Assembly (NCBI GenBank): GCA_017428055.1
Contig: JAFRRN010000002.1
Span: 9,803 to 73,802, forward strand
Source of the DNA: Prevotella sp.
GTDB taxonomy: Bacteria > Bacteroidota > Bacteroidia > Bacteroidales > Bacteroidaceae
Length of the DNA stretch: 64,000 bases
Reading direction: 5' to 3'
Shown: positions 26,208-36,600 of the stretch, piece after piece
How positions within the stretch are numbered: the stretch's first letter is position 1
Layout of the letters: each line of letters begins with the position of its first letter
Program-made: the position numbers and the translations under genes
The notes under the pieces: model-generated
Databases searched by the model: none
The model's input: only the letters and a program-made list of their open reading frames with translations
What the model was told of the DNA's origin: nothing

Positions 26208-28640
26208 CTAACAGCCAGAGCTATAGAATAATTCCTCGTTATCCTCGGGTTCCTTCTCCAATGGCACGGTGATTTCGTCCATCCATGAGGGGATGCCGTA
26301 TGACGGATGTTGGCGGCGATATTGTTGCCATTCCTCGTCGGTCATCCTCTGTTCGCCCAAGGGACGTGTGAACTCGCGATAGGAAAGCACCGCCCCTCGC
26401 GTGAGGATGAGGTTGCCGTCGATGTCCACGATGACATAAATCTCGTAAGCAGGACCTGTCGCCTCGTAGAGGATGGACTTATTGGGATTGTTGGGCGCGT
26501 TGGCGGTGTACACATCCGCGACGATAGACACCTCCCTGTCTGCGCCATGTACATTGTCCCAGCCGTCGAGGAACTGCTCATCGCTCCGAGCGAGTTGCAA
26601 GGAGATGTATTCAAAGGTGGAGCCGATAATCTCTATCTGGTTGTACTCTGTGTCTGTCAGGGGCGTGTGTCGCAACTCTTTCTCGCTCACTTGCAGGAGG
26701 AACTGCGCCTGTTCGATGAGTGCGTCTGTACCCGTCGCCGCTTTCTCGGTCATGAGGTGATGGCGTTGCAACACGTCTTTCAGCGTCTGGCACAAGGCAA
26801 TGGCACGGTTCCAGAATGCCACGTTAGGTTCCACATATCCTTTGAGGATGGGTTCTGGCGGTCCATAGCCTCCACATTCCGCTCCCGCTGGTTGCTTGGC
26901 ATAGAGGATGGCATCGTGTTTCAGTTCTGCGTAGGATGCCAAGGCGGTGTTGAGGTTCTTCTTCCCCCATTGTTCCGTTTGCATAAAATAGGGAAAGTTG
27001 GCATCATCGCCCGCCATCACCATGAGTGAGTTGAGCCATCGTGTAGCCACCGTCTCGTCCCAATTGATCTCTCCCATGCGCTGTTTCATGTTGGCGAGCG
27101 TGGGCAGGAAGCCCTCCCATTGCTCGGCGGCGTGGAGGTCGCCGAGGAGAATCTTCTCTGCCAACGTGTTTCCCATGGCGGCAAACACGTCCAAGGCACA
27201 CGGCACACTGCGCTTTGTGGGGTCGTTTTCAGCATCAATCATCTCATTGAGCACCTCGGCATCGGGCATATAACGCTGTGGCATGAAATTGACCTTGTAC
27301 CTACTTGTCACCTCAAATTTCGGACGGATACGTGTCTGTTGCTCACTGATTTGCTCGATACGTTGACATAATTGTCGCATGGCGTGTTTGCTCTTCAGCA
27401 GCTTCTCCATGCTGGTTCCCGTGTTCTGGGTCTCCTCATACACCTGTTGGATGGTTACGTTGTCTGGCTTGCCGAAGATGAAGGTCATGGGATTGAACAC
27501 GTCGTCGTATGCCTTGCGCACCTTTTCGTTACAATTCACGGCATCGGCGAGGGCAACGGCGCAAGCCATCTGCTGTGGCTTGTCTGTCCCGAAGGGTACG
27601 TTTTGCAGCCACATCATGGCGCGGAAATAGCGTTGGATGCGCTCGTTGCGGGTGTAATGCCCCCGTGGACGGAAGAGGGAATAGCCGTATTTGACATCAC
27701 GGTAGTCAAGAAAATCCGAGAAATCGTCTTGCGAGGCATAGATTTTCCGCAATTCGTCTTGCACCACCTGTGTGTATGCCGGGGCTACGGGTAGCGGCTC
27801 TTGTCCAGTGACCAGTGCGTTTGCGATGGCGAAATAGGCTTGGCAATACTCGTTGGCTTCCCTCCACCGTTTGTCGTCTGTTGTCTTTGCCCTTGCCGAC
27901 ACTTCGTTGTACATCGTCTGGCATAACACCTGTACCAGCGAGTCGAGGGTCTTCTCCTCAATGTCACGCACCACGGCATCGAAGTAGAAATGGAATAATT
28001 GCAGGTAAAGGTCGGTTGTCACGAAGGACGGGAAATCGGAATAGTCGTTCTTCTCATACACATGGAACAATTGGATCTTATTTCCTGGTACGATGGCAAA
28101 GCCATTCCTCCCCAGTTTATCCTTGAGTCGTGGGTCGAAAGAACTCAACTGGAAGGTGTTGAGCATCTTGTCAGCATCTACCAAGTAGCCTTCCCGTGGG
28201 TGGTATTGTGTCTTGCGCAACTCCTTCTCACGTTGTTGGATGCGAGCAATGAAGGCTTGTTCGTCTTTCGTGAAAGACAATGGCAACGGTTTAAAGGAGT
28301 AATCGTTGGGGGCATCGCTATATCCGTAACCCTTGGTAGCCTCCGTCTTCTCGAATCGTGCCCACATGAGCGAGTCATACCACGAAGTTTGGCTGAATAT
28401 TTCCCGAAGGGGGGCATCCATGAAGATGTGTCCCTGAAGGGCGGCGAAACCGTTTCGGACGATTCGCAGCTCTGCCAATGAGAGGTTGGAGATGTCCATA
28501 TTGGTGTCGATGCCCTTGATGAACTGCTCCACGTCGATGTTTCCCTTGCCTGGGATGATGACAGGGTGTCCTTTTCGCTGCCCCCAAGTGGGGATGATTG
28601 ATAAAAGCAAGAAGGTAAAGGATAGAAAAGTCTTTCGCAT
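26208..28640 (-). CDS. Large secreted protein with N-terminal YARHG-like motif; possibly DUF3160 family
   Basis: Signal MRKTFLSFTFLLLSIIPTWGQ. LSLAELRIVRNGFAALQGHIFMD...WYDSL resembles the YARHG domain. The remaining ~700 aa carries no catalytic motif I can name, and the DUF3160 assignment is from memory only. Confidence 0.7.
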   Translation of the reverse strand: MRKTFLSFTFLLLSIIPTWGQRKGHPVIIPGKGNIDVEQFIKGIDTNMDISNLSLAELRIVRNGFAALQGHIFMDAPLREIFSQTSWYDSLMWARFEKTEATKGYGYSDAPNDYSFKPLPLSFTKDEQAFIARIQQREKELRKTQYHPREGYLVDADKMLNTFQLSSFDPRLKDKLGRNGFAIVPGNKIQLFHVYEKNDYSDFPSFVTTDLYLQLFHFYFDAVVRDIEEKTLDSLVQVLCQTMYNEVSARAKTTDDKRWREANEYCQAYFAIANALVTGQEPLPVAPAYTQVVQDELRKIYASQDDFSDFLDYRDVKYGYSLFRPRGHYTRNERIQRYFRAMMWLQNVPFGTDKPQQMACAVALADAVNCNEKVRKAYDDVFNPMTFIFGKPDNVTIQQVYEETQNTGTSMEKLLKSKHAMRQLCQRIEQISEQQTRIRPKFEVTSRYKVNFMPQRYMPDAEVLNEMIDAENDPTKRSVPCALDVFAAMGNTLAEKILLGDLHAAEQWEGFLPTLANMKQRMGEINWDETVATRWLNSLMVMAGDDANFPYFMQTEQWGKKNLNTALASYAELKHDAILYAKQPAGAECGGYGPPEPILKGYVEPNVAFWNRAIALCQTLKDVLQRHHLMTEKAATGTDALIEQAQFLLQVSEKELRHTPLTDTEYNQIEIIGSTFEYISLQLARSDEQFLDGWDNVHGADREVSIVADVYTANAPNNPNKSILYEATGPAYEIYVIVDIDGNLILTRGAVLSYREFTRPLGEQRMTDEEWQQYRRQHPSYGIPSWMDEITVPLEKEPEDNEELFYSSGC

Positions 28641-28673
28641 AGTCTTTATATATTAAAATCTTGTCATCTATTA

Positions 28674-29213
28674 TTATAAGAAAGGTAGGGCTTCTTCTTT
28701 AGTTACATTCTTAACAACAAACTGAAGGAAACTAAACCCAAAGCCATTCCATGTGTATTCACAGACGAAAAAACGGTCATCTGTGGTGCGTTCCAAACTC
28801 CTTAGGCGACCATCAGCCCATCGGAAGTCCTCAAGGATGCCTCCGAGTTTTGACCCCATCCACAAGGGACGAATGCGCCCGCGATAATTCTTGAAGACAA
28901 AGATTCGTCGTGCTGGAGTGGGGTAGAACCGTGTTGGTTTGATGACCCCCACGAGGGCATCAATGCTGCCGTCTCCATCCACATCGCCCGTTTGGAATTG
29001 GTAGACGGGATAAGGAAGAGTCCATTGGCTCTCATTGATGGTGCCGGATGTCGTTAGTTGGCTCTCCTCTGTGCGGAGGAGGAGCTTGTGGATGCTGTCG
29101 TTCTCGCCCTTGTGGATGGTCCATTGAGCGTAACTCACTTGCCAAGGACAGAAGAATAGCATGAAAAGGAAAGAAACACGACAAGCTACAGACATTGTCT
29201 TATACACAACCAC
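28674..29213 (-). CDS. Small secreted FG-GAP/VCBS-like repeat protein
   Basis: Signal-like MSVACRVSFLFMLFFCPWQVSYAQ (the start may be 29195). TGDVDGDGSIDALVGV motif. 4-nt gap to the upstream gene. Confidence 0.7.
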   Translation of the reverse strand: MVVYKTMSVACRVSFLFMLFFCPWQVSYAQWTIHKGENDSIHKLLLRTEESQLTTSGTINESQWTLPYPVYQFQTGDVDGDGSIDALVGVIKPTRFYPTPARRIFVFKNYRGRIRPLWMGSKLGGILEDFRWADGRLRSLERTTDDRFFVCEYTWNGFGFSFLQFVVKNVTKEEALPFL

Positions 29214-29217
29214 CTTG

Positions 29218-30375
29218 TCATAGCAAAGATTTTATCTCGCTTTCTAAGTCCTTGATTTGCACATCCCGTTTGTGTAGCACATTCTCTCGCGTGATGAGGA
29301 AATATGTTGGGATGTCTTGCAGGTTGTATTGCGTTATGAGCGGACTGTCGATGCCAGCGGCATCACGCACGCTAATCCATGGCAAGGCTGCGGTCTGCGT
29401 CTTCCAGAAATGCTCATCGGGGTCTACCGAAACCTGGTAGATCTCCAGTCCTTGGTCATGAAACTTGTTATAGATATTGCGCATATTCATGATGCGTTCG
29501 GTGCTTCCACTTGATGCGAAGAGATGGAAATCGAGCAATACCACCTTTCCCTTGAGGTCGGTAAGGCGGCGGATGTTGCCCTTGTTGTCTGTCAAGGCAA
29601 TGTCAATAACCCCTGCCTCGGTGATTTTGTTGGGGTCGATAGATTGACTGTTTCTCGCTTGCAGGATCCGTACGTTCTTCATTCCCTCGATAGCGATGTT
29701 GTGGAGGTTAAGCCCCCTTTCGGCATCGGGATAATAGGTGTCCCAACTCGTTGCCACGGCAGCAAACACCTTGACATCACTCTCGTTGGTACGTGGGTTG
29801 AATACGAGTGCGTTCTGGTAGCCTAATGCCACTGTCTGGAAGAGGGCGAAATAGGCGGAAGCCCGTTTGGGGTCGTTGAAGATATAGTTGTTCTTGATGT
29901 TTTCCTTATAGATAGCCAACACGTTGGTGATGCTGTCGGCGACCCTCTCGGAATTTAATGAAGGGTCTTGGGCGATGGCATAGATCTGCGACTGCAATGC
30001 CATTTGCCGTAATGCCAACTCCTTGATGCGCCCACATTCCTCGGAACCTTCCACTTCGTATTGGGCAGACATCGTGGGATAGTCGGCCTTGATGGTGATG
30101 TTCTCGGTGGAGTCTACTGCGATGTTGATAATCTGTTGGCCGATGCGTAGTCGGTAGAACTCGGGAGCCTCGGGTTTGGAGCCGTGGAAAGAGAATGCGC
30201 CGTCGGCATCGAGCTTGGTGGAGTCGATAGCGATAGCCCCATTAAGGCTCATGTTTTCCCAATAAAGGGTAGAGTCGGAGGCATTGGTGATATTCCCGCT
30301 AACATAGAATTTCTCCTTTCCGCAGGATATGAAGATAAGAAGCAAGGAAAGGAAGCAAATAGAACGTGTCTTCAT
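29218..30375 (-). CDS. DUF4369 plus TlpA/thioredoxin-fold lipoprotein lacking the CxxC motif
   Basis: Lipobox LLLIFISCGKEKFYVSGNI (DUF4369-like). C-terminal KGKVVLLDFHLFASSGSTER...GLEIYQVSVD aligns with the TlpA FWASWCGPCR region, but the whole domain has no cysteine. Confidence 0.85.
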   Translation of the reverse strand: MKTRSICFLSLLLIFISCGKEKFYVSGNITNASDSTLYWENMSLNGAIAIDSTKLDADGAFSFHGSKPEAPEFYRLRIGQQIINIAVDSTENITIKADYPTMSAQYEVEGSEECGRIKELALRQMALQSQIYAIAQDPSLNSERVADSITNVLAIYKENIKNNYIFNDPKRASAYFALFQTVALGYQNALVFNPRTNESDVKVFAAVATSWDTYYPDAERGLNLHNIAIEGMKNVRILQARNSQSIDPNKITEAGVIDIALTDNKGNIRRLTDLKGKVVLLDFHLFASSGSTERIMNMRNIYNKFHDQGLEIYQVSVDPDEHFWKTQTAALPWISVRDAAGIDSPLITQYNLQDIPTYFLITRENVLHKRDVQIKDLESEIKSLL

Positions 30376-30404
30376 TGACGTGTTTTTGTTTTGATTTTAA
30401 AATT

Positions 30405-30458
30405 ATTGGGCATTGACCATTGGCGGTTTTCGTAAAGAAACCCAATGGTCAATGCCCG
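30405..30458 (-). terminator. Hairpin terminator candidate downstream of LRR-dockerin gene
   Basis: ttgggcattgaccattgg / ccaatggtcaatgcccga, 17 of 18 bp stem with an 18-nt loop, between the stop at 30478 and the next gene start at 30375. Confidence 0.6.
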
Positions 30459-30477
30459 ATGATTATACGGTTGGCCG

Positions 30478-31281
30478 TTATTTTTCGAGGATGAGGTTAA
30501 TAAGCGCAGTGACATCCGTGATGTTGATGTCGTCGTTATTATCAAGATCGCCCAATAATTTGGCGAAGGGGTCTGGCGTTGTACCCAAGATATAGCTTAT
30601 CATTGCCACAACGTCTTGGATGTTCACTACGCCATCGATGTTCACATCACCGGGAATGTATTCAGCTATATGTTTGAATTTCTCCCAATATTGGGCATTG
30701 GAGTATGCTGTTATCTTTCCTTTGGGTACATAAAGATAAGCATTATAGCAACCATCAAAAGTAGACTCACCGATAGAGAGAGGTGAAGCGATGTCTACCT
30801 TGACAGACTCCAGCCCGCTACAAAGATTGAAGGCATATGTGTCAATATCGGTGATAGAACTGGGAATGCTGACGAAAGTCAACAGGTTGCATTCGGCAAA
30901 GGCATGGTTGGCAATGCCTGTCACCTTATATGTTACGCCGTCTGTTCCCTTAACGGTGGATGGAATTGTTATCATTCCCGCTGTTGTTTTTGAGATAGCG
31001 GTTACAAAAGTGCCTTCCACGACGTAGTCATTGATATTGGGGACGGCGGGCGAGGCAACGTCTGCCTCGTAGTAAAAATTATCGTAGCCAATCATCACTT
31101 CCTTATTGGAGGCATTTGTCACCGTGAAAATGGCATCGATGGTGGAACTGCCATTCTCAATTTTGGCAGTGAAGAAATCATAGTCAGACAACACATTCGT
31201 TGCATTTCCATTTGCAAAAAGCGTTGTTGCACTCATCATAGCGATAATGAGAAACATATATTCCCGTACCTTTTGAATCAT
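30478..31281 (-). CDS. BspA-type leucine-rich repeat protein with C-terminal dockerin
   Basis: Signal peptide. IPSTVKGTDGVTYKVTGIANHAFAECNLLTFVSIPSSITDIDTYAFNLCSGLESVKV is an LRR_5/BspA-type repeat. C-terminus GDVNIDGVVNIQDVVAMISYILG...GDLDNNDDINITDVTALINLILEK is a duplicated dockerin segment. Confidence 0.85.
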   Translation of the reverse strand: MIQKVREYMFLIIAMMSATTLFANGNATNVLSDYDFFTAKIENGSSTIDAIFTVTNASNKEVMIGYDNFYYEADVASPAVPNINDYVVEGTFVTAISKTTAGMITIPSTVKGTDGVTYKVTGIANHAFAECNLLTFVSIPSSITDIDTYAFNLCSGLESVKVDIASPLSIGESTFDGCYNAYLYVPKGKITAYSNAQYWEKFKHIAEYIPGDVNIDGVVNIQDVVAMISYILGTTPDPFAKLLGDLDNNDDINITDVTALINLILEK

Positions 31282-31331
31282 AATATTTCTTGTTAAGATG
31301 GTAATAAAAAATAAAAATTATCCTTGCGCTG

Positions 31332-31339
31332 CAAAATTA
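31332..31339 (-). promoter_or_regulatory. Bacteroidota -7 promoter box (TAnnTTTG on minus strand)
   Basis: The reverse complement of caaaatta is taattttg, 51 nt upstream of the start at 31281. Confidence 0.4.
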
Positions 31340-31405
31340 CGCAAAAATAGAATAATAAAAGAATGAAAAAGGAAAAAAACGCACAACTCTTTCAGTTTTA
31401 AGTGT

Positions 31406-32395
31406 TTATGTGCTCATTCTATGTAACAACCCCCTGCATTCTTCCAAGATGCCAACCAACTCGTTTACCGTCTCCGCCCTGAGCATGGCAATGCGCATGG
31501 GGCGGAAATTGGGAATACCCTTGAAGATGGGAGTGGCGGCGAGGTGGCGGCGCGTATGAAGGATGCCACGATATTCATCGATACGTTCCACATTGATACG
31601 CAACTGCTCTTCCAGAATGTCAATCTTGTCGTCAATGGACAGGGGAGGCTCTCCCGTTTGGTCTAACCCATCCCGCATCTCCTTGAAGATCCACGGCCTG
31701 CCAAAGGTCGCCCTTCCCACCATGATAGCATCCGCGCCATAGCGCTCAAACGCTACTTTCGCCTGTTCGGGCGTGGTGATGTCGCCATTGCCGATGATGG
31801 GGATATGGATTCGGGGATTGTCTTTCACTTCGCCGATGAGCGTCCAGTCGGCCTCGCCCGTGTACATCTGCGAGCGGGTACGTCCATGGATGGTCAATGC
31901 CTGGATGCCGCAGTCTTGTAACTGCTCTGCCAACTCGGTAATGATGAGGTTTTCCTTGTCCCACCCTAACCGTGTCTTGACGGTAACGGGGGTATGCACC
32001 GCCTTGACCACTTCACGTGTGATCTCCAACATCAAGGGGATGTTGCGCAGCATTCCCGCTCCCGCCCCTTTCCCCGCCACCTTCTTGACGGGGCAACCAA
32101 AATTGAGGTCGATGATGTCGGGATGGGCTTGTTCCACGATTTTTGCCGCCTCGACCATCGACTCCACATCGCGTCCATAGATTTGTATGCCCACGGGGCG
32201 TTCCTCGTCGGAGATGGCCAACTTGTTCATCGTTGACTGCACGGAGCGCACCAATGCCTCGGCACTGACAAACTCCGTGTAGACCATCGCAGCACCATAG
32301 CGCTTACATAGCATCCGAAAGCCAATATCCGTCACATCTTCCATCGGTGCGAGGAATATCGGCATCTGTCCGAACTCAACCGTTCCTATCTTCAT
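31406..32395 (-). CDS. dusB: tRNA-dihydrouridine synthase B
   Basis: MKIGTVEFGQMPIFLAPMEDVTDIGFRMLCKRYGAAMVYTEFVSAEALV, DLNFGCPVKKV and TIHGRTRSQMY are Dus-family TIM-barrel motifs. ~329 aa. Confidence 0.9.
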   Translation of the reverse strand: MKIGTVEFGQMPIFLAPMEDVTDIGFRMLCKRYGAAMVYTEFVSAEALVRSVQSTMNKLAISDEERPVGIQIYGRDVESMVEAAKIVEQAHPDIIDLNFGCPVKKVAGKGAGAGMLRNIPLMLEITREVVKAVHTPVTVKTRLGWDKENLIITELAEQLQDCGIQALTIHGRTRSQMYTGEADWTLIGEVKDNPRIHIPIIGNGDITTPEQAKVAFERYGADAIMVGRATFGRPWIFKEMRDGLDQTGEPPLSIDDKIDILEEQLRINVERIDEYRGILHTRRHLAATPIFKGIPNFRPMRIAMLRAETVNELVGILEECRGLLHRMST

Positions 32396-33642
32396 CAATA
32401 AGCAAAGTTGTAAATGACAGCGTTCCCCATTTGGTCATGTACCGTCATGGTCTTGATGGATGAATCGCTGTTGGTGGCGGTCTCTACCCGATAGGAATTG
32501 TATCTTCCCTTGGCTTCTGATATGACTTGGGTGAAGCGAGCCATCTTGAACATCGACAACAACATGAACGGATTGCTATTCTCCACTCCCTCAATCAAGT
32601 GGTTGACATCGATGTTGGTGGCACAATTGCCCACATTGCTATATGACAACTGATATGTTTCGTACACATTCCTGTTGTCTGGATAATGACGATAAACCGC
32701 CATGCTGTCTGCCACGTGGCTGTCGTCGATGACCAAGGAACCATTGCCATTGTAATAAATGCCATATTGCGTGTAGAAGTCGCCACATTGGTCGAGAACC
32801 TTAAAGGCATTCTCAAAGGTTACGGGATAGACCTCATTCATATAGAAGGCGCGATATTCTGCCACATGATTGGCATTGACGGTACGCTTGATGTCACCAT
32901 CCACGATTTGACGCATGGTGATGGTATTATGGGTATTCATACCCATCAAGCAATATGGGTCATAGAAGTTATTATCCACCCCTGCGAAAGACAATTGTTG
33001 GTATTCGCCTTCCAATATGGCATTGTTGATTAAATATGTGGTATCACGATAAACGAACTGGCTCGTCTCGACGACTTGCACCGTCCTTTCACGGTCATCA
33101 TAAGAAAGTTGCAGCAGCCTTTCTGTTCCTCCTTTATTCATGGAAAGGGTAGTCGGGCGCGCATCATCATCGTATGTCATGTCAATCCGGCTACCATCGC
33201 TGCCCGTCACCGACTTCACTAAGGGTGCATTGCCCAACGAGCCATCGATACGTGTGGCATATTGTTGGTAGGCAAACGAGGCGTATGCCTTGTCGGGTTT
33301 TTCCGAATCTGTGATGCGGAACGCCGTGTACCGTGCCTTTCCTGTATGGTTTGGTGTGAAGGTCACGCCATAATGGCTGGTCGTATAAGCCTTTCCACTC
33401 CGTTCACCATGGATGTCAATCCAAGAGTCATCGCCTGTATAGGTGGTGATTTCCCATGGTCGGTTGGAATAAAACACGAGACTGTCCTGCGTTTGGTTGG
33501 CATAAATACACGAGAGGGGAATCTCCCCCGTCATGGGTTTTTGTACGGAAATGACATATTGCGTCAGCGGTTCTGCCTTTTCACAAGCCACCAACAAGCC
33601 ACAAGCCATCATTCCTATTCCAATTTTATTAAATAATCTCAT
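32395..33642 (-). CDS. Lipoprotein, unknown function
   Basis: MRLFNKIGIGMMACGLLVACEK lipobox. 415 aa. The stop overlaps the dusB start by 1 nt. Confidence 0.75.
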   Translation of the reverse strand: MRLFNKIGIGMMACGLLVACEKAEPLTQYVISVQKPMTGEIPLSCIYANQTQDSLVFYSNRPWEITTYTGDDSWIDIHGERSGKAYTTSHYGVTFTPNHTGKARYTAFRITDSEKPDKAYASFAYQQYATRIDGSLGNAPLVKSVTGSDGSRIDMTYDDDARPTTLSMNKGGTERLLQLSYDDRERTVQVVETSQFVYRDTTYLINNAILEGEYQQLSFAGVDNNFYDPYCLMGMNTHNTITMRQIVDGDIKRTVNANHVAEYRAFYMNEVYPVTFENAFKVLDQCGDFYTQYGIYYNGNGSLVIDDSHVADSMAVYRHYPDNRNVYETYQLSYSNVGNCATNIDVNHLIEGVENSNPFMLLSMFKMARFTQVISEAKGRYNSYRVETATNSDSSIKTMTVHDQMGNAVIYNFAY

Positions 33643-33661
33643 ATTGGTTCACTCTATATTT

Positions 33662-36600
33662 TTACCTTACTATCTTGATGCTACGCACCTTTCCATTCTC
33701 CAAAGTTTCTTTCCTAATGAAAATACCATGACCAATAGGCGGTTGGTTTCCGAGGGAACAACCGTTTATGCCTAAATATTCCACACGGACAGTATGCCCC
33801 AGGACATCATTTGGTAGACTTCCCTCCGCTTGGGATATACCCGAAACCAACTCCTCCACATTGTCAATCTTCACGGGAGCAATGCCCTGGCGGGTGGGCG
33901 TGACGGGATTGATCTTGCCTTCAGCGTCAAAGGTGAGCTTGTCTACGCACACCTCACGGTGAATGCCTGGCCCATTGTACAGATAATTCTTATTGATACG
34001 ATGGTAGACGATATACCAATCGTCCGTCCCAGGCACATTGACGATGGAATTATGCCCCGTGCCATAGATATGGGATTCAGGCTTTTGGATGATGACGATG
34101 GGCTGCGAAGCTACCTTGATGGGTCCCGTTGGCGATGTGCTGGTGCCGTATGCCACATGGTAATTGGTAGCACCGGTATCATCCACACTCCACAGAAAAT
34201 AATAAATTCCATTGCGATAGAACACGTATGTACCCTCGCGGAAGGCATAGTCTGCCAACGATCCGCCCGTTGGCGTGATGTTGTATTCCTCTCCCACGAC
34301 ACTCATCATGTCGTCACTGAGCAAGCGATAACACATCCGCCCGTTGCCATAATAGAAATAGGTCTGTCCGCTCACGGGGTCGGTGAACACATCCGAGTCA
34401 ATCATCTGCCCAGCATTGGACGATGTGAACAAAGGAGTTTTCTTGGCAATGAATGAACCAGTGGGACTTTCTGCCGTCGCCACACCCAGAGTCTTCTTGC
34501 CAAGCGTCTTGTTTTGTCCGCTGAAATAGAAGAAATACTTCCATTTCCCGTCCATCCACTTCTCCTCGATGCAAGGTGCCCAGGCATTACCCGTAGCCCA
34601 AGGCACGTCTCCCCCGCTCTTTAGGTTGAGGAACGTACCCTCATTGGTGAAATGCACGAGGTCGGGTGATGAGAACACATCGAATGAATATCCACCCCAG
34701 CTCTCATATCCATCCGTGGTGGGGTAGATATAGAAACGCCCCGTCTTTTGTGAGAACAGCACCTCGGGGTCTGCATGGAAGTCGGGGATGATGGGATTGC
34801 CATCCGCCTCCACCGTCACCTGGTAGGTGTTGGTTGTTTCTCCATTGCTCACAATGTAAGTCACAGCCCCCTTGGAAAAGTCTTGCTTGCCTAAAGGCGA
34901 GAGTGTCGCCCCTGCCGAAACGGCAATCTGTGGGTCGTATAATGTAATGTCAGTGCCTTGCATCACGGGGATAAATACCTCCGTGCCATTGATTTCCACA
35001 TCACCCTGTCTTACTTGAATATCCTTTGCACCCTTGATGGCTGCCGACATGTTATATGGGAAAGCGGCTATCAAAGCCTCCGTCTCTGCCTTGGTGATGG
35101 GGATGACCGTGCCATGACGAGGGGTGAAAGCACCGAAAGTATACGTGTTTCTCACGAAACGGAAGTTCTCCAAGTCCTCGCTGGAGCAGAATTGGTAATA
35201 CCCGCTGGTGTAACAATCGTACATCAAAGTCCACGTGTCTTTGTTGATGAGCTTGAACACGCCGGCTCCCTCCACGGAAACAGATGTCTGCTGGAGCGTT
35301 TCCGACGGTGTTGACCACTGGCTGCCAAGGGGTTCCCCTGGTGCTGCCGTGAGATGCTTGGCTGTTACCTTACAGATGCCACCCTCGCCTTCTGTCTTGT
35401 AGAAAGCATGGTAGAGCGAGTCGTTCTCATTATATATAATGTCCATGTCGATGGTGGCAGAGCCACGGTCGTACATGTAAACGGGGAAAGTCTCTAAGTC
35501 CGTGAAGTCGTCATTGGCATAGCAATAATAGACCTTGTCGTATGGGATGGGGTCTTTCTTACCCGTGCGGAGCGAGAAATAAACCATGTATTTCCCGGCA
35601 TCGGCATCCCAGATGGTCTCCGGTGCCCAAACGCGGGTCAGCCCATCGGCAAAGTCGCTATGCGCAAACCGCTCGGGGAAATGCACGGTGGAATGCGTCC
35701 AATGGATGAGGTCGCGCGATTTCATCATGACAATGCCACGGTTGCTGTCCCATCCCTCCGCGCTTTTCATGTCTGTATTCACCATATAGAACCATCCATC
35801 ATGCCCACGCAAGATATGTGGGTCGCGCACACCCTCCTTGAGGGCGATGGTATCTGCTGCCACCACACGGTTTCCCCAATTCAATGGGGTGTAATTATAA
35901 CCATCTTCAGAAATGGCATAATAGATGTTCTCATCAGAATTAGATGGGAAATAGACAAATAGATAATTCTCGTATGGCTCTTTGGGGCGGATATTAACGA
36001 TAAACTCCTTCGTTGCCTTGGCCTTGCCACGCATCAAGGTGGCGGTGAGCGTCACCTCCTTATTCTCTTCCATGGGTTGTTGCAGCACCCTGCCATCATC
36101 ACTCATCCATTCTGGCAGAGATGATTTCCAGAAAATCACAGAGCCAAACACCCCTACAGTAGGGAGGTTTACATGCTCGTAAACGTGGCTCTGACCGTTC
36201 AGTTGCAACCATTCGGTATCGTGTGACACGATCTCTTCATCTGAATATTCAGGCATCACACCCACCTCAAACACCTTCTCTACTACGATATTAGAATATG
36301 TGAGCGTGGCAGTAAGGGTGGCAGTTGCCTTTGGATAACCGTATGGGGGGCGTGTAATGTGTCCATCGGAAGTGATGATACGCTCATTGCTGCTCCGCCA
36401 TGTAATCTTGATGCCTTCCCAAGTGGTGGGAAGTGTAATGTCTTCAATGAGCTCACTCATGTCGGGCATGGTGAAGGATTGCATGGTGCGCAACATACGC
36501 AGGGAATCCTCATATTCATTCATCTCATCACTCAACGCCCTTAAAGAAGTGATGGTACGGGCATCGAGCGAGTAATTGAAGATACGGAAGTCACTATATT

